From an uncultured Acidobacteriota bacterium (GTDB lineage Bacteria > Acidobacteriota > Blastocatellia > RBC074), in the NCBI GenBank assembly GCA_963796275.1, contig CAWCKY010000007.1, positions 224,001-288,000 of the forward strand: a stretch of 64,000 nucleotides of DNA. The letters run 5' to 3'. Position numbers and translations under genes: made by a program. How positions within the stretch are numbered: position 1 is the stretch's first letter; each line of letters begins with the position of its first letter. Below, piece by piece: positions 22,577-31,789 of this stretch. The notes beneath the pieces were generated by a model. The model was not told the DNA's origin, did not search any database, and was given only the letters and a program-made list of their open reading frames with translations.

Positions 22577-25500
22577 ATGCTACATCCGCATCGGATCCTA
22601 TTGTTATTGGTTCTCATGATTCTGCCGGGTGGTACGTCTTTAGCGCAAACATTTCGGGGCGTGATCTCGGGCAGCGTGACCGATATCTCTGGAGCCGCCA
22701 TTGCAGGCGCCAGGGTGCAGCTGGTCAATGAATCCACAGGGCTGAGCCGCAATCAGGAGACCACCTCTTCCGGTGATTTTTCTTTCTCCGAGTTACCGGT
22801 GGGCTTTTACACAATAACCATCAACAAGGAGGGATTCGAGGTCCGTAAGCTTCAGAAAGTTGAAGTGGCCGTCGGCAAGGTGACCAATCAGGCGATCACG
22901 CTCGGTTTGGGGCAAACCAGGGAGACTGTCGAGGTCCAGGCTACGGCTGCCACGTTGGAGACGACATCCTCCACGCTCAACGCGGTGGTGAATCAGCGCG
23001 CGGTGCAAGAGATTCCACTCAACGGGCGCGATTTTCGCACGCTGCTCTACCTTGCTCCAGGCTACACGCAGAGTAGATCGATGAATGGTAATCGCGCAAA
23101 TCAGAACAACTGGCAGATCGATGGCACGGATAACAACGATTTCTGGCAGAACTCCGAGGCCGTTAACCAGGGAAGCATCTCCGGCATTGCCGGGGTAACT
23201 CTGCCGATAGAATCGATCGACCAGTTCAACCAGCAATCGGCGGGGGGCGGCGACTTCGGACGCAACCCGGGGTCGATGGTCAACGTCGCACTCAAGTCCG
23301 GAACCAACCAATTTCACGGATCGACCTACTATTTCAATCGCAACGAATTTTTCGCCGCCAGGTCGCCGTTTGCCGCGGGCGATTCTTCCGGCAAACTTCG
23401 CAATGAACAGTATGGATTCTCGGTGGGCGGGCCGATCATCAAGAACCGGTTCTTCTTTTTCACCAATTACGAGAGACAGAAGTATGTTATCGGAAATCGA
23501 GTGCTGGCGACGGTGCCCTCAGATGCATGGTTCGACACGGCGCGGGGAATATTGTCGAGGTACAATGTGCCGGAGAATCCAGTGATGCTCACCACCTATT
23601 CGAATTTGTGGCCGTCGCGCAGCCGCTTGGCGCCAGCAACTGTCTCGAACTTCTTCTCGAACGACGACAATACGGGCGAGAGCAACAACGGCGTGATCAA
23701 GCTGGACTACAATCTCAGCGCGAACCACACGATCTCGGGGCGCGCATTTCTGGGGACAGGCGAAGCAGCACAGTATGCCGGTGGCTCGGTCTACCGGGAG
23801 TATTTTCAGGTGGTGCCCAGCCGGCAACACAACTATGCCGCGACGTTGACCAGCACACTTACGCCGCGCCTGGTCAACCAGGTGCTGGTTGGATTGAACT
23901 ACTTCAAACAGACTTTTGATGACGCCGATCATAGCGCCAATCCGCCCGCATGGGGCTTCAACACCGGCGTAACCGGTCCCTCAAACCTGGGCTCACCTAA
24001 CATCAATCTAACAGGCTTCGATAACGGCAGCGTCGGCATCACAGCGCAGCTCGGACGAACCGATGTTACCGGCCATGTAACCAACAACCTCTCATATAAC
24101 TTCGGCAGCCACGCGTTAAAGTTAGGCGGCGAGTTCCGGCGAGCCAAGCTCGATGTCGCTTATCTCCGCGAGGCGCGCGGGGCATTCACCTTCGACGGAA
24201 CCGCCGGACCATGGGCCTCTGATGTCACGCTCAGTGTGGCTGAGAGATCGATTGCGGATTATCTCGCCGGTTATCTCAAGCCCGGCTTCGGCTCAATCGC
24301 CACCGGCGATCCGCAGCGCGTTTACTACGTTAATTCATACGAAGGGTGGGCGCAGGACAACTGGCAGATAACGCCTCGCCTGAACATCAATTATGGCGTT
24401 CGTTATGCTTACAACGGGCGGTTTCATACGACGGGCAGCAAACCAATTGCGATCTTCGATCCCAACGCGCCGGGGGGCCTGTCGGTCGTCGGCCAGGATA
24501 TAGACGCGCTCTATCCCGCGGATTACAACAATTTCGCTCCGCGCTTCGGATTTGCGTTCACACCCAGCCGCGACAGCAAGTTGGTGATTCGCGGCCATTA
24601 TGGCGTCTATTACGACATCATCAATGGCAACCTCTTCGTCGACAACCGCGCCGGCTCGGATGGCGGGCGAGGCGTTTCGCGCCAACCGATAGGACCCGCT
24701 CCTGTCTTCAGCGTGAGCAGCCCGGGTACGGGTCCCGATGGTCTGGGCCCATTGGTTATCACACAAGGCCAATACATCTTCGGAAGCGCGGCAGGGCAGT
24801 CGGCATTCGCCGTCTATACCGTCAATCAGAATCTGAGTGCGCCTTACGTGCAGAATTTTGGGGTGGACACGCAGTATCAGCTGACCCGGAACGTGCTGCT
24901 GCATGCTGCCTACGTAGGGAACCAGGCGCGGAAGTTGGTATATACGCGCAACATCAATCAGATAGCGCCAAGCGCGGCGCTGGCGGACAACGCGCGGCGG
25001 CCGTTCTTCAGCCAGTTCCCGCAATTTATCGGCATCACAGAAATCGAGACTGCGGCCAATTCACATTACAACTCGTTGCAGGTCTCTTTCCGAACGACCA
25101 ATTGGCGCAACCTTAGCTCGCAATTCTCCTATACGCTCGGCCACGCCGTGGACGAAATGTCCGACCCACGTAATACCCGTCCAACTGACAACTTCAACCG
25201 AGGTTTCGACCGGGGCAACGCCAATTTCGACTACCGCCATATTTTCTCCGGCTATGTGCTCTATGACGTCCCGCAACTGGGAAGAAGGGTTCCGTTGTTA
25301 ACCAAGGGCTGGCAGATCAATACCTATATCACAGCTGACTCCGGCAGCCCTTTCACTGTCCTGGCTTCCGCCGATTTGAGTCACACGAGAAACGGTGCTG
25401 ACCGTGCTGATCAGACGGGCGATCCATTCCGGGGCATCACGCAACCGATGAGAGGCGTGCAGTGGTTCAATCCGAACGCTTTTACCAACCCAACGCCTGG

Positions 25501-25777
25501 CACCTATGGGACGACCAGGCGTAATGGCTTTTATGGGCCCAGTTTCACATCGGTAGACTTCTCGATCTTCAAAAATTTCGCGATCAAGGAGAATTACTCG
25601 CTTCAGTTCCGCGCAGAGATATTTAACGTCTTTAATCGAATGAACCTGGCGAATCCCAGCACGGCCATCGGGAATAACTTCGGGACAATTCTCTCGACTC
25701 GGCGGGGCGTGGATGCGCCCGGTATCGGTTTAGGTGAGCCTCGCAACGTTCAGTTCGCTCTCAAGTTCCTCTTCTAG
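22577..25777 (+). CDS. TonB-dependent receptor (Oar-like)
   Basis: IPLNGRDF, KSGTNQFHGS, NNFAPRFGFA, QFALKFLF; AAGGAG RBS. Confidence 0.93.
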   Translation: MLHPHRILLLLVLMILPGGTSLAQTFRGVISGSVTDISGAAIAGARVQLVNESTGLSRNQETTSSGDFSFSELPVGFYTITINKEGFEVRKLQKVEVAVGKVTNQAITLGLGQTRETVEVQATAATLETTSSTLNAVVNQRAVQEIPLNGRDFRTLLYLAPGYTQSRSMNGNRANQNNWQIDGTDNNDFWQNSEAVNQGSISGIAGVTLPIESIDQFNQQSAGGGDFGRNPGSMVNVALKSGTNQFHGSTYYFNRNEFFAARSPFAAGDSSGKLRNEQYGFSVGGPIIKNRFFFFTNYERQKYVIGNRVLATVPSDAWFDTARGILSRYNVPENPVMLTTYSNLWPSRSRLAPATVSNFFSNDDNTGESNNGVIKLDYNLSANHTISGRAFLGTGEAAQYAGGSVYREYFQVVPSRQHNYAATLTSTLTPRLVNQVLVGLNYFKQTFDDADHSANPPAWGFNTGVTGPSNLGSPNINLTGFDNGSVGITAQLGRTDVTGHVTNNLSYNFGSHALKLGGEFRRAKLDVAYLREARGAFTFDGTAGPWASDVTLSVAERSIADYLAGYLKPGFGSIATGDPQRVYYVNSYEGWAQDNWQITPRLNINYGVRYAYNGRFHTTGSKPIAIFDPNAPGGLSVVGQDIDALYPADYNNFAPRFGFAFTPSRDSKLVIRGHYGVYYDIINGNLFVDNRAGSDGGRGVSRQPIGPAPVFSVSSPGTGPDGLGPLVITQGQYIFGSAAGQSAFAVYTVNQNLSAPYVQNFGVDTQYQLTRNVLLHAAYVGNQARKLVYTRNINQIAPSAALADNARRPFFSQFPQFIGITEIETAANSHYNSLQVSFRTTNWRNLSSQFSYTLGHAVDEMSDPRNTRPTDNFNRGFDRGNANFDYRHIFSGYVLYDVPQLGRRVPLLTKGWQINTYITADSGSPFTVLASADLSHTRNGADRADQTGDPFRGITQPMRGVQWFNPNAFTNPTPGTYGTTRRNGFYGPSFTSVDFSIFKNFAIKENYSLQFRAEIFNVFNRMNLANPSTAIGNNFGTILSTRRGVDAPGIGLGEPRNVQFALKFLF

Positions 25778-25978
25778 AAAGGCGGCGACGGTATGTCTCG
25801 ATAGTGTTGGTGAAGTTAGAAGGAAGGTTCGCCGCGTAAGAGGCGAAGAAGGGGACATCGGTGCGTCTCAAGTGAGGGAGAAAATATTGGTCACCACCGG
25901 ATGCGACGGATATATGCGGATTAGATCCGACTTTCATCCGCCGCATCCGTGGGTTGATCGCCTAAATGACGATAGTGC

Positions 25979-27176
25979 CTAAGCCACCTTCACCAGACCG
26001 TGCGGATCTAGAACGAATTTCTTTGCCGCACCTTTGTCAAAGTCTTTGTATCCCTTGGGCGCATCATCCAGCTTGATGACTGTGGCGTTGACTGCCTTCG
26101 CGATCTTCACTTTTTCGTGCAAGATCGCCATCATCAATTGGCGGTGATACCGCATCACCGGGCACTGACCGGTGGTGAATGAGTGGGACTTCGCCCAGCC
26201 TAAACCGATCCTGATGCCCAATTGCCCGATCTTGGCATTCTCGTCGATTCCTCCGGGGTCTCCAGTAACGTATAGCCCCGGAATACCGATCTGACCGCCG
26301 GCGCGAGCAATTGTCATGACATCGTTCAACACCGTCGCCGGCGCCTCTCCTGCTCCCGAGCCGTGCCCGCGAGCTTCGAAGCCGACGCAATCGACGGCGG
26401 CATCGACTACCGGTTCCCCCGCGATCTTTTCGATCTGGTCGGCCAGGCTCGCTCCGGATTTGCAGATCCACCGTCTCACAACCGAAGCTCCGCGCCTGCG
26501 CTAATCGCTCGGGAATCATGTCGCCGACAATCACTAGCGCCGCTCCGAGCAATTGCGCGGAAGCAGCGCAGGCGAGTCCAACCGGGCCGGCGCCGGCGAC
26601 GTAGACCGTCGATCCGGGACCAACTCCGGCCGTAACCGCCCCGTGATAACCGGTGGGGAAGATATCTGAGAGCATGGTCAAGTCGAGAATCTTTTCCATC
26701 GCCTGATCCCGATCCGGAAATTTAAGCAGATTGAAATCAGCGTAAGGAATCATCACGTACTCGGCTTGCCCGCCTTTCCACCCACCCATGTCGACGTAGC
26801 CGTAAGCGGCTCCCGGCCGAGCAGGGTTGACGTTGAGACAAATGCCGGTCTTTCCCTCTTTACACATTCGACAGCGTCCGCAGGCGATGTTGAACGGCAC
26901 CGAGCAGAGATCGCCCACCTTGATGAACTCCACGTCGCGGCCGGCTTCGATCACCTCGCCGGTGATCTCATGGCCGAGAGTCTGCCCGACTGGTGCGGTA
27001 GTGCGTCCGCGCACCATATGCTGGTCGCTGCCGCAAATATTGGTCGAGACGACCTTGAGGATGACTCCGTGTTCGCATTTGCGATTCTGTTCCGGCAAAG
27101 TCAATTTGGGATACCCGATGTCCTGGACATCGACCTTTCCCGGTCCCTGGTAAACAACACATCGATTTCCTGCCAT
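25979..27176 (-). pseudogene. fdhA: Glutathione-independent formaldehyde dehydrogenase, frameshifted near 26462
   Basis: TNICGSDQHMVRGRT, GHEITGEV, ACGRCRMC, LSDIFPTG in one frame; DCVGFEARG..GLGWAKSH..KKFVLDPH in another. Confidence 0.88.
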
Positions 27177-27431
27177 CGTATCGCTCCTTTCAGAAATTGT
27201 GCCTCAGCTTAGTTGATTTGATACCTCCACAAAAACGGTGTAATGGTCTGGCCAGGCGAGAAACCGGATTACGCGATAAATAAAAATAAACGAAGCATGC
27301 GAAAATACCCGAATTTCCTCATGTTTCGTTTACTTAGTTTGTATTCTATTTCTCTTCTGCCTCAGATATTAGATAGCACGGTTGATTGCAGAGGTACCGT
27401 TGAACTTACCTTGAAATCAATTTGCGAAGAT

Positions 27432-27827
27432 TTAAAATACTGCTGCTCCGGCTTCGGCGACCGCGTGATCCTGTTCACCTGAACCGCCGCTTACCCCAAT
27501 TGCTCCCACCACCGCTCCATTCTTTTTCAAAGGGATACCGCCAGCAAAGATCATCACACGTCCATCATTGGAAGCATGAATCCCGAAGAACTGGCTACCC
27601 GATTGGGCGTGCGGCGCCAGATCTTTGGTCGCAATATCGAAAGCGCGCGAGGTCCATGCTTTCTTGATTGAAATATCGACGCTGCCGATCCAGGCCCCGT
27701 CCATCCGAACGTGAGCCACCAGATTGCCGCCGGCATCAGCCACCGCAATATTCATCGGTTGGCCGATCTCTCCGGCCTTCTTTTCCGCCGCGGCGATAAT
27801 CCGACGAGCGTCATTAAGCGTGATCAT
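27432..27827 (-). CDS. GlcG/HbpS family heme-binding protein
   Basis: NIAVADAGGNLV..RMDGA..KKAWTS..GGIPL..GAIGVSGG. Confidence 0.92.
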   Translation of the reverse strand: MITLNDARRIIAAAEKKAGEIGQPMNIAVADAGGNLVAHVRMDGAWIGSVDISIKKAWTSRAFDIATKDLAPHAQSGSQFFGIHASNDGRVMIFAGGIPLKKNGAVVGAIGVSGGSGEQDHAVAEAGAAVF

Positions 27828-27871
27828 AAAAACTCTCCTTCCAAAGTAAAATGTTTATTTCAGTTTATAAT

Positions 27872-28885
27872 TTAGCGCAATTGCGCCAGGTACGAAACGA
27901 GATATTGCAGTTCCTCGCCAGAAAATTGCATTACATTCGGCATTTTTACCCCGGGTTTGAGACCCTGGGCGTGTGTCACCCAGGCAGCGAGGTTTGCTTT
28001 GTCGTTTGTAAGAATATTGGCAGCCAGTCCTCGCCTGCTGGCTAAGTGTGTGAGATCGGGCGCTACACCGACTCCCGGAAGAGTCCCCCGGATAGTGTGA
28101 AAAAGAACGCAGGCCCGCGACATAAACAATTCCTGACCGCGGACCTCCTGGGGGGAACTGGGTATCGCGGCCGGCTCGAGCTGCTTTGCGCGCCAGGCCT
28201 CGAATTCGCTCGCGGTCTCGGCCACGACGACGATCCTCATGGCGGCATGCTGCGTTCCGCAGAACTCCGCGCACTTGCCCTGATACACACCCGGTTTGTC
28301 CGCCCGCAACAGCATCTTGTTCAATTGGCCTGGTATGAGGTCCACTTTCCCGCTCAGGTTCGGCACCCAGAAGGAATGTATCACATCGGCCGATGCGAGC
28401 TCGAGATGCACCGTCTGCCCCACGGGAATATGGATCTCGTTGGCTGTTGCAAAATAGTTATCTGGCGTGCCTTTGACGTATTTGACTTCCCACCACCATT
28501 GGTGCCCGATGAGGCGAATATCCGGAGCAGAGTTTTCTGCGTGATGGAGCGGGGATTCCTTCATCGCCCTCTGTCCCATAAAAAAGATGGTGGCGAGAAC
28601 TACCAAAGGGATGCCCAACCCTCCGATCAAAATCCACGGCCGCCCTCCTCCGGCATCTACCGGCTCGTGCTCATCGAACGTTCCACGCCTCCGAACGGCT
28701 ACCCACCAGAGCAGCACCCACATCACCAGAGCTACGGCGCTGAATACCGCGTAGACGAACCAGCTCAGGTTGGAGATGGATTCGGCCGCCGGGCCGGCCG
28801 GCTCGAGCGTTGATTGTGCCTGTGCGCATCCGGAGAAGGCGACCCAGAATAGAGTTGTGATGAATGTATATCTTGATGTTTTCAT
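27872..28885 (-). CDS. coxB: Cytochrome c oxidase subunit II (caa3 type), orphan, with degenerate heme c motif
   Basis: GHQWWW, DVIHSFWVP, CAEFCGTQHAAM; C-terminal CVLFH in place of CxxCH. Confidence 0.85.
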   Translation of the reverse strand: MKTSRYTFITTLFWVAFSGCAQAQSTLEPAGPAAESISNLSWFVYAVFSAVALVMWVLLWWVAVRRRGTFDEHEPVDAGGGRPWILIGGLGIPLVVLATIFFMGQRAMKESPLHHAENSAPDIRLIGHQWWWEVKYVKGTPDNYFATANEIHIPVGQTVHLELASADVIHSFWVPNLSGKVDLIPGQLNKMLLRADKPGVYQGKCAEFCGTQHAAMRIVVVAETASEFEAWRAKQLEPAAIPSSPQEVRGQELFMSRACVLFHTIRGTLPGVGVAPDLTHLASRRGLAANILTNDKANLAAWVTHAQGLKPGVKMPNVMQFSGEELQYLVSYLAQLR

Positions 28886-28903
28886 GGTGTTGGTGGTTCA
28901 GGC

Positions 28904-29007
28904 TCAAGCGGTGTGCGCATCGATTTCGGCGATTGCATTCCTGTCCTGCGCGTATGGGTTCGCGCTCAAAGTCACCTGCTTTTGATTATCAGAACTCGTT
29001 GATGCAT
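28904..29007 (-). pseudogene. Short cytochrome c remnant
   Basis: NPYAQDRNAIAE resembles the NPY...AI.EG segment before CxxCH in quinoprotein-associated cytochromes; frameshifted and truncated. Confidence 0.4.
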
Positions 29008-29009
29008 GC

Positions 29010-29298
29010 CTAATGCCCCACTGTCTGTTCACTGACATGTTTTTCGATGGGCACACCAAAGTTTCGCAGAAGCCGATCTATCTCCGATTTTCGGTGTTCC
29101 AGAACGGCATTCAGTTCGTCTCGCAAAGCCGTATCTTCTCGGCGAACTCCCATGCTGATGTCGAAGACGAACGAGAGAGATGGCGGATCCGTTGGTGGAG
29201 TGACGGGCGCCAGCTTCAACGGCACCCGCGAGCGCTTTGCCAAATATCCTGCGAGCGGTCCCCACGCGATAGCGATGTCGATATATCGACCGGTGCTT
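29010..29298 (-). pseudogene. C-terminal remnant of a MoxJ/XoxJ-like substrate-binding protein
   Basis: IDIAIAWGPLAGY...FVFDISMGVRREDTALRDELN; no start codon or N-terminal part. Confidence 0.75.
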
Positions 29299-29764
29299 CA
29301 GCTCTTGCCTCACATCTCTAAAATAGTCACTATGACGATATAAATCTTTAAACGGCTATCAAAATTTTTCCAAATCTGTCTCAAAACGTATTTTCGTCAG
29401 CTTCTGCGGCCATTTTTTTTCAAAAATATGGCTGGTTAACTACTCGTGATCTGTCGCGAGCAGTCGGCGATATATCGTCATTCTCGTTATATATCGCAAC
29501 CGTTTTTCTTCTTCCTCGGCGACAATTTGGGCGGGGAAAATATTCTTATTTTTTGCAAAGCGTAGAAGTTACATACATATTGGGCTGCTATTGCCAACCG
29601 CGGCAGAGCATTTGCTCGCAATGCTTGTGTTACCGGTGCTAAAGGATTACTGGTTCGGAAGGTCTATCATCCCGACACGATGGTATACCCGCGGGGCGAG
29701 CGGCTGCCGCGATCAAAAACGCGATCAAGACCGCGATCAAGACAATGATACAGGAGAGCACGAG

Positions 29765-30337
29765 ATGACCTGGATTCGCACTATACCGATGGAAGAAGCC
29801 GGCGAAACGCTGCGCAGCTTGATGGAGCGGCAGCGTGCGTTATATCCGGTGGAGTACGCGTCGCCGGCCTCGCCCGGCGGCGACAGCATCGTCTCAGCGC
29901 ATACCTTGATGCCGGAGACGCTCTATCACATCTTCTCCGCGTTCGGCGAGATGATGTCGCCCAATCTGCCATTGAGCCGGGCTCAGCACGAAATGATCGC
30001 GACGATTGTTTCGGTCGAAAACCGCTGTTTTTATTGAGTGGAGTCGCACGCAGAGTTTCTGCGTATGGTAACGTTGGATGATTCGTTGATCGCTGCGCTG
30101 CGCGAAGATTATACGAAAGCCTCCCTCACCGAAGCCGATCGCGCCATGTTGGATTACGTAGTGCAACTGACCCGGGACGCAACTCGCCTGACGCCGCAAG
30201 ACCATGATAAATTGCGTGCAGCTGGTTTTGACGAACTGGCAATCTTGCAAATTACACTGATTGCATCCTGGTTCAATTACATCAACCGCGTCGCCGACGC
30301 GCTGGGCGTTGGTCGCGGGAAGAGAGAAGACTGGTAA
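29765..30337 (+). CDS. AhpD/carboxymuconolactone decarboxylase-like peroxidase, probable selenoprotein (Sec at TGA 30035-30037)
   Basis: Two in-frame ORFs join as [19 protein letters not shown] (CxxU); hairpin starts 11 nt after the TGA; GGAG RBS before ATG 29765. Confidence 0.85.
30048..30064 (+). promoter_or_regulatory. Putative bacterial SECIS hairpin
   Basis: ACGCAGA-GTT-TCTGCGT perfect stem with G in the loop, at +11 from the UGA. Confidence 0.6.
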
Positions 30338-30603
30338 TCTACTAAACCCTGGAAGACCTCTCATTTCATAAGAGCGTCCACGGTTTCCGCTGCGCTCCAA
30401 ACCTTCTTCATCGCAGCATGGGGAAGAAATTGGAGCTTAGGTGCACAGTTCCTGGTAATAGTAAGCCAACCGACTCCAACCAACCCTGGATACCAGCTGT
30501 AACCACTCCAGGTAAAAGCGATAGTTTAATGCGATTGGCTTACAGGGCGTCATAGAACCTTAAAACAAACAGTAAGCTACGATGCCAACGTAGGAGATGA
30601 TAG

Positions 30604-31203
30604 ATGTCAACATTGAGTAAACAGAGTCTACTTTCTGAATCAATAGACGCTCCCGGCTTTTATGAAAGAATCAATCGGGAATTGCACAAACCCGCCCTTC
30701 AGCTCTTTATGTTAATTGTGCTCGCGCATTGGGCTGAACATCTGGTTCAAGCAGTTCAGGTCTACCTTCTCAATTGGCCGCTACCGGAAGCCCGCGGGGT
30801 TCTCGGAATGTGGTTCCCGTGGTTGATCAAATCAGAGGCGCTCCATTATTTCTACGCCCTGGTGATGCTCATCGGTATCTGGACGCTTCGCAGGGGATTT
30901 CAGGGCAGGGCATATAAATGGTGGATTATCTCCTTCGGTATACAATTCTGGCATCATATCGAGCATGGATTGCTTCAGGGACAGGCCATCGCCGGGCACA
31001 ATCTCTTCGGTTCTCCGGTTCCGATCAGTATCGCGCAACTTTGGATCCCCCGCGTTGAGCTGCACCTTTTTTACAACACCATAGTTTTCATCCCGATGAT
31101 CCTGGGGATGTACTACCACATGTTCCCTCTTCAGGGAGAAACGACCGGGCACGGTTGTTCCTGCGCCTGGCGGGAGAAATCAGCCGACGCATGTTCCGTT
31201 TAA
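30604..31203 (+). CDS. Hypothetical integral membrane protein with intramembrane His motifs
   Basis: About four TM helices; HWAEH, LHY, WHHIEH, ELHLFYN; GGAG RBS. Confidence 0.8.
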   Translation: MSTLSKQSLLSESIDAPGFYERINRELHKPALQLFMLIVLAHWAEHLVQAVQVYLLNWPLPEARGVLGMWFPWLIKSEALHYFYALVMLIGIWTLRRGFQGRAYKWWIISFGIQFWHHIEHGLLQGQAIAGHNLFGSPVPISIAQLWIPRVELHLFYNTIVFIPMILGMYYHMFPLQGETTGHGCSCAWREKSADACSV

Positions 31204-31390
31204 ATGACGCAAACAGATGACAGAAAATGGTGGCCGGTCGCCGATTCATTGCAGTTTAAATGTCGAATTAATCTGGTGTCGCCAACCTTGATGTGATGTC
31301 AGTTTATCGCTACCGCTTCATCGGTTATTCGATTTATGAAACTCGTTCTCAGCAATTCCGCAGTGCCCGAAACCTTTATCCCTGAAATCA

Positions 31391-31789
31391 ATGATCGCTT
31401 CCTCTTGTAAATTGACTTTTCTGGGACTGGCGCTTTGCGTCGCTATCTTCTCGATTGGATGTCGTGAGGGTGAAGCACAACCCGACATAGCCTTTGAATA
31501 CAAATTCATGCCAGACCCTCCGAGAACAGGTTTCGCGACGTTTAGCTTGAGGCTGGCGGATGCTGCAGGTAAGCCGATTAACGGCGCCCGCATCGATCTG
31601 GAAGGCAATATGTCACATGCCGGAATGCGCCCCGTATTCAGTGAGGCACGAGAATTGGAAACGGGGCGATACGAAGCGGCTCTTGAATTCACGATGAGAG
31701 GAGATTGGATTATCCTCGTTCATATCACCTTGCCGGACGGGCGAAGACTACAAAAAGAACTGTTTATAAATGGAGTCCAATCAGGGTGA
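31391..31789 (+). CDS. FixH/YtkA-like lipoprotein
   Basis: Lipobox-like SIGC; DAAGKPINGA, MSHAGM, GRYEA..FTMRGDW. Confidence 0.8.
   Translation: MIASSCKLTFLGLALCVAIFSIGCREGEAQPDIAFEYKFMPDPPRTGFATFSLRLADAAGKPINGARIDLEGNMSHAGMRPVFSEARELETGRYEAALEFTMRGDWIILVHITLPDGRRLQKELFINGVQSG

Noticed and set aside
26440-26480. Programmed frameshift in fdhA
   Set aside because: No slippery heptamer; neighbouring genes are also decayed, so mutation or sequencing error is more likely
29708-29743. Three 12-bp repeats CGCGATCAA(A/G)A(A/C) as N-terminal coding repeats
   Set aside because: They lie upstream of the RBS-supported ATG at 29765; no function supportable
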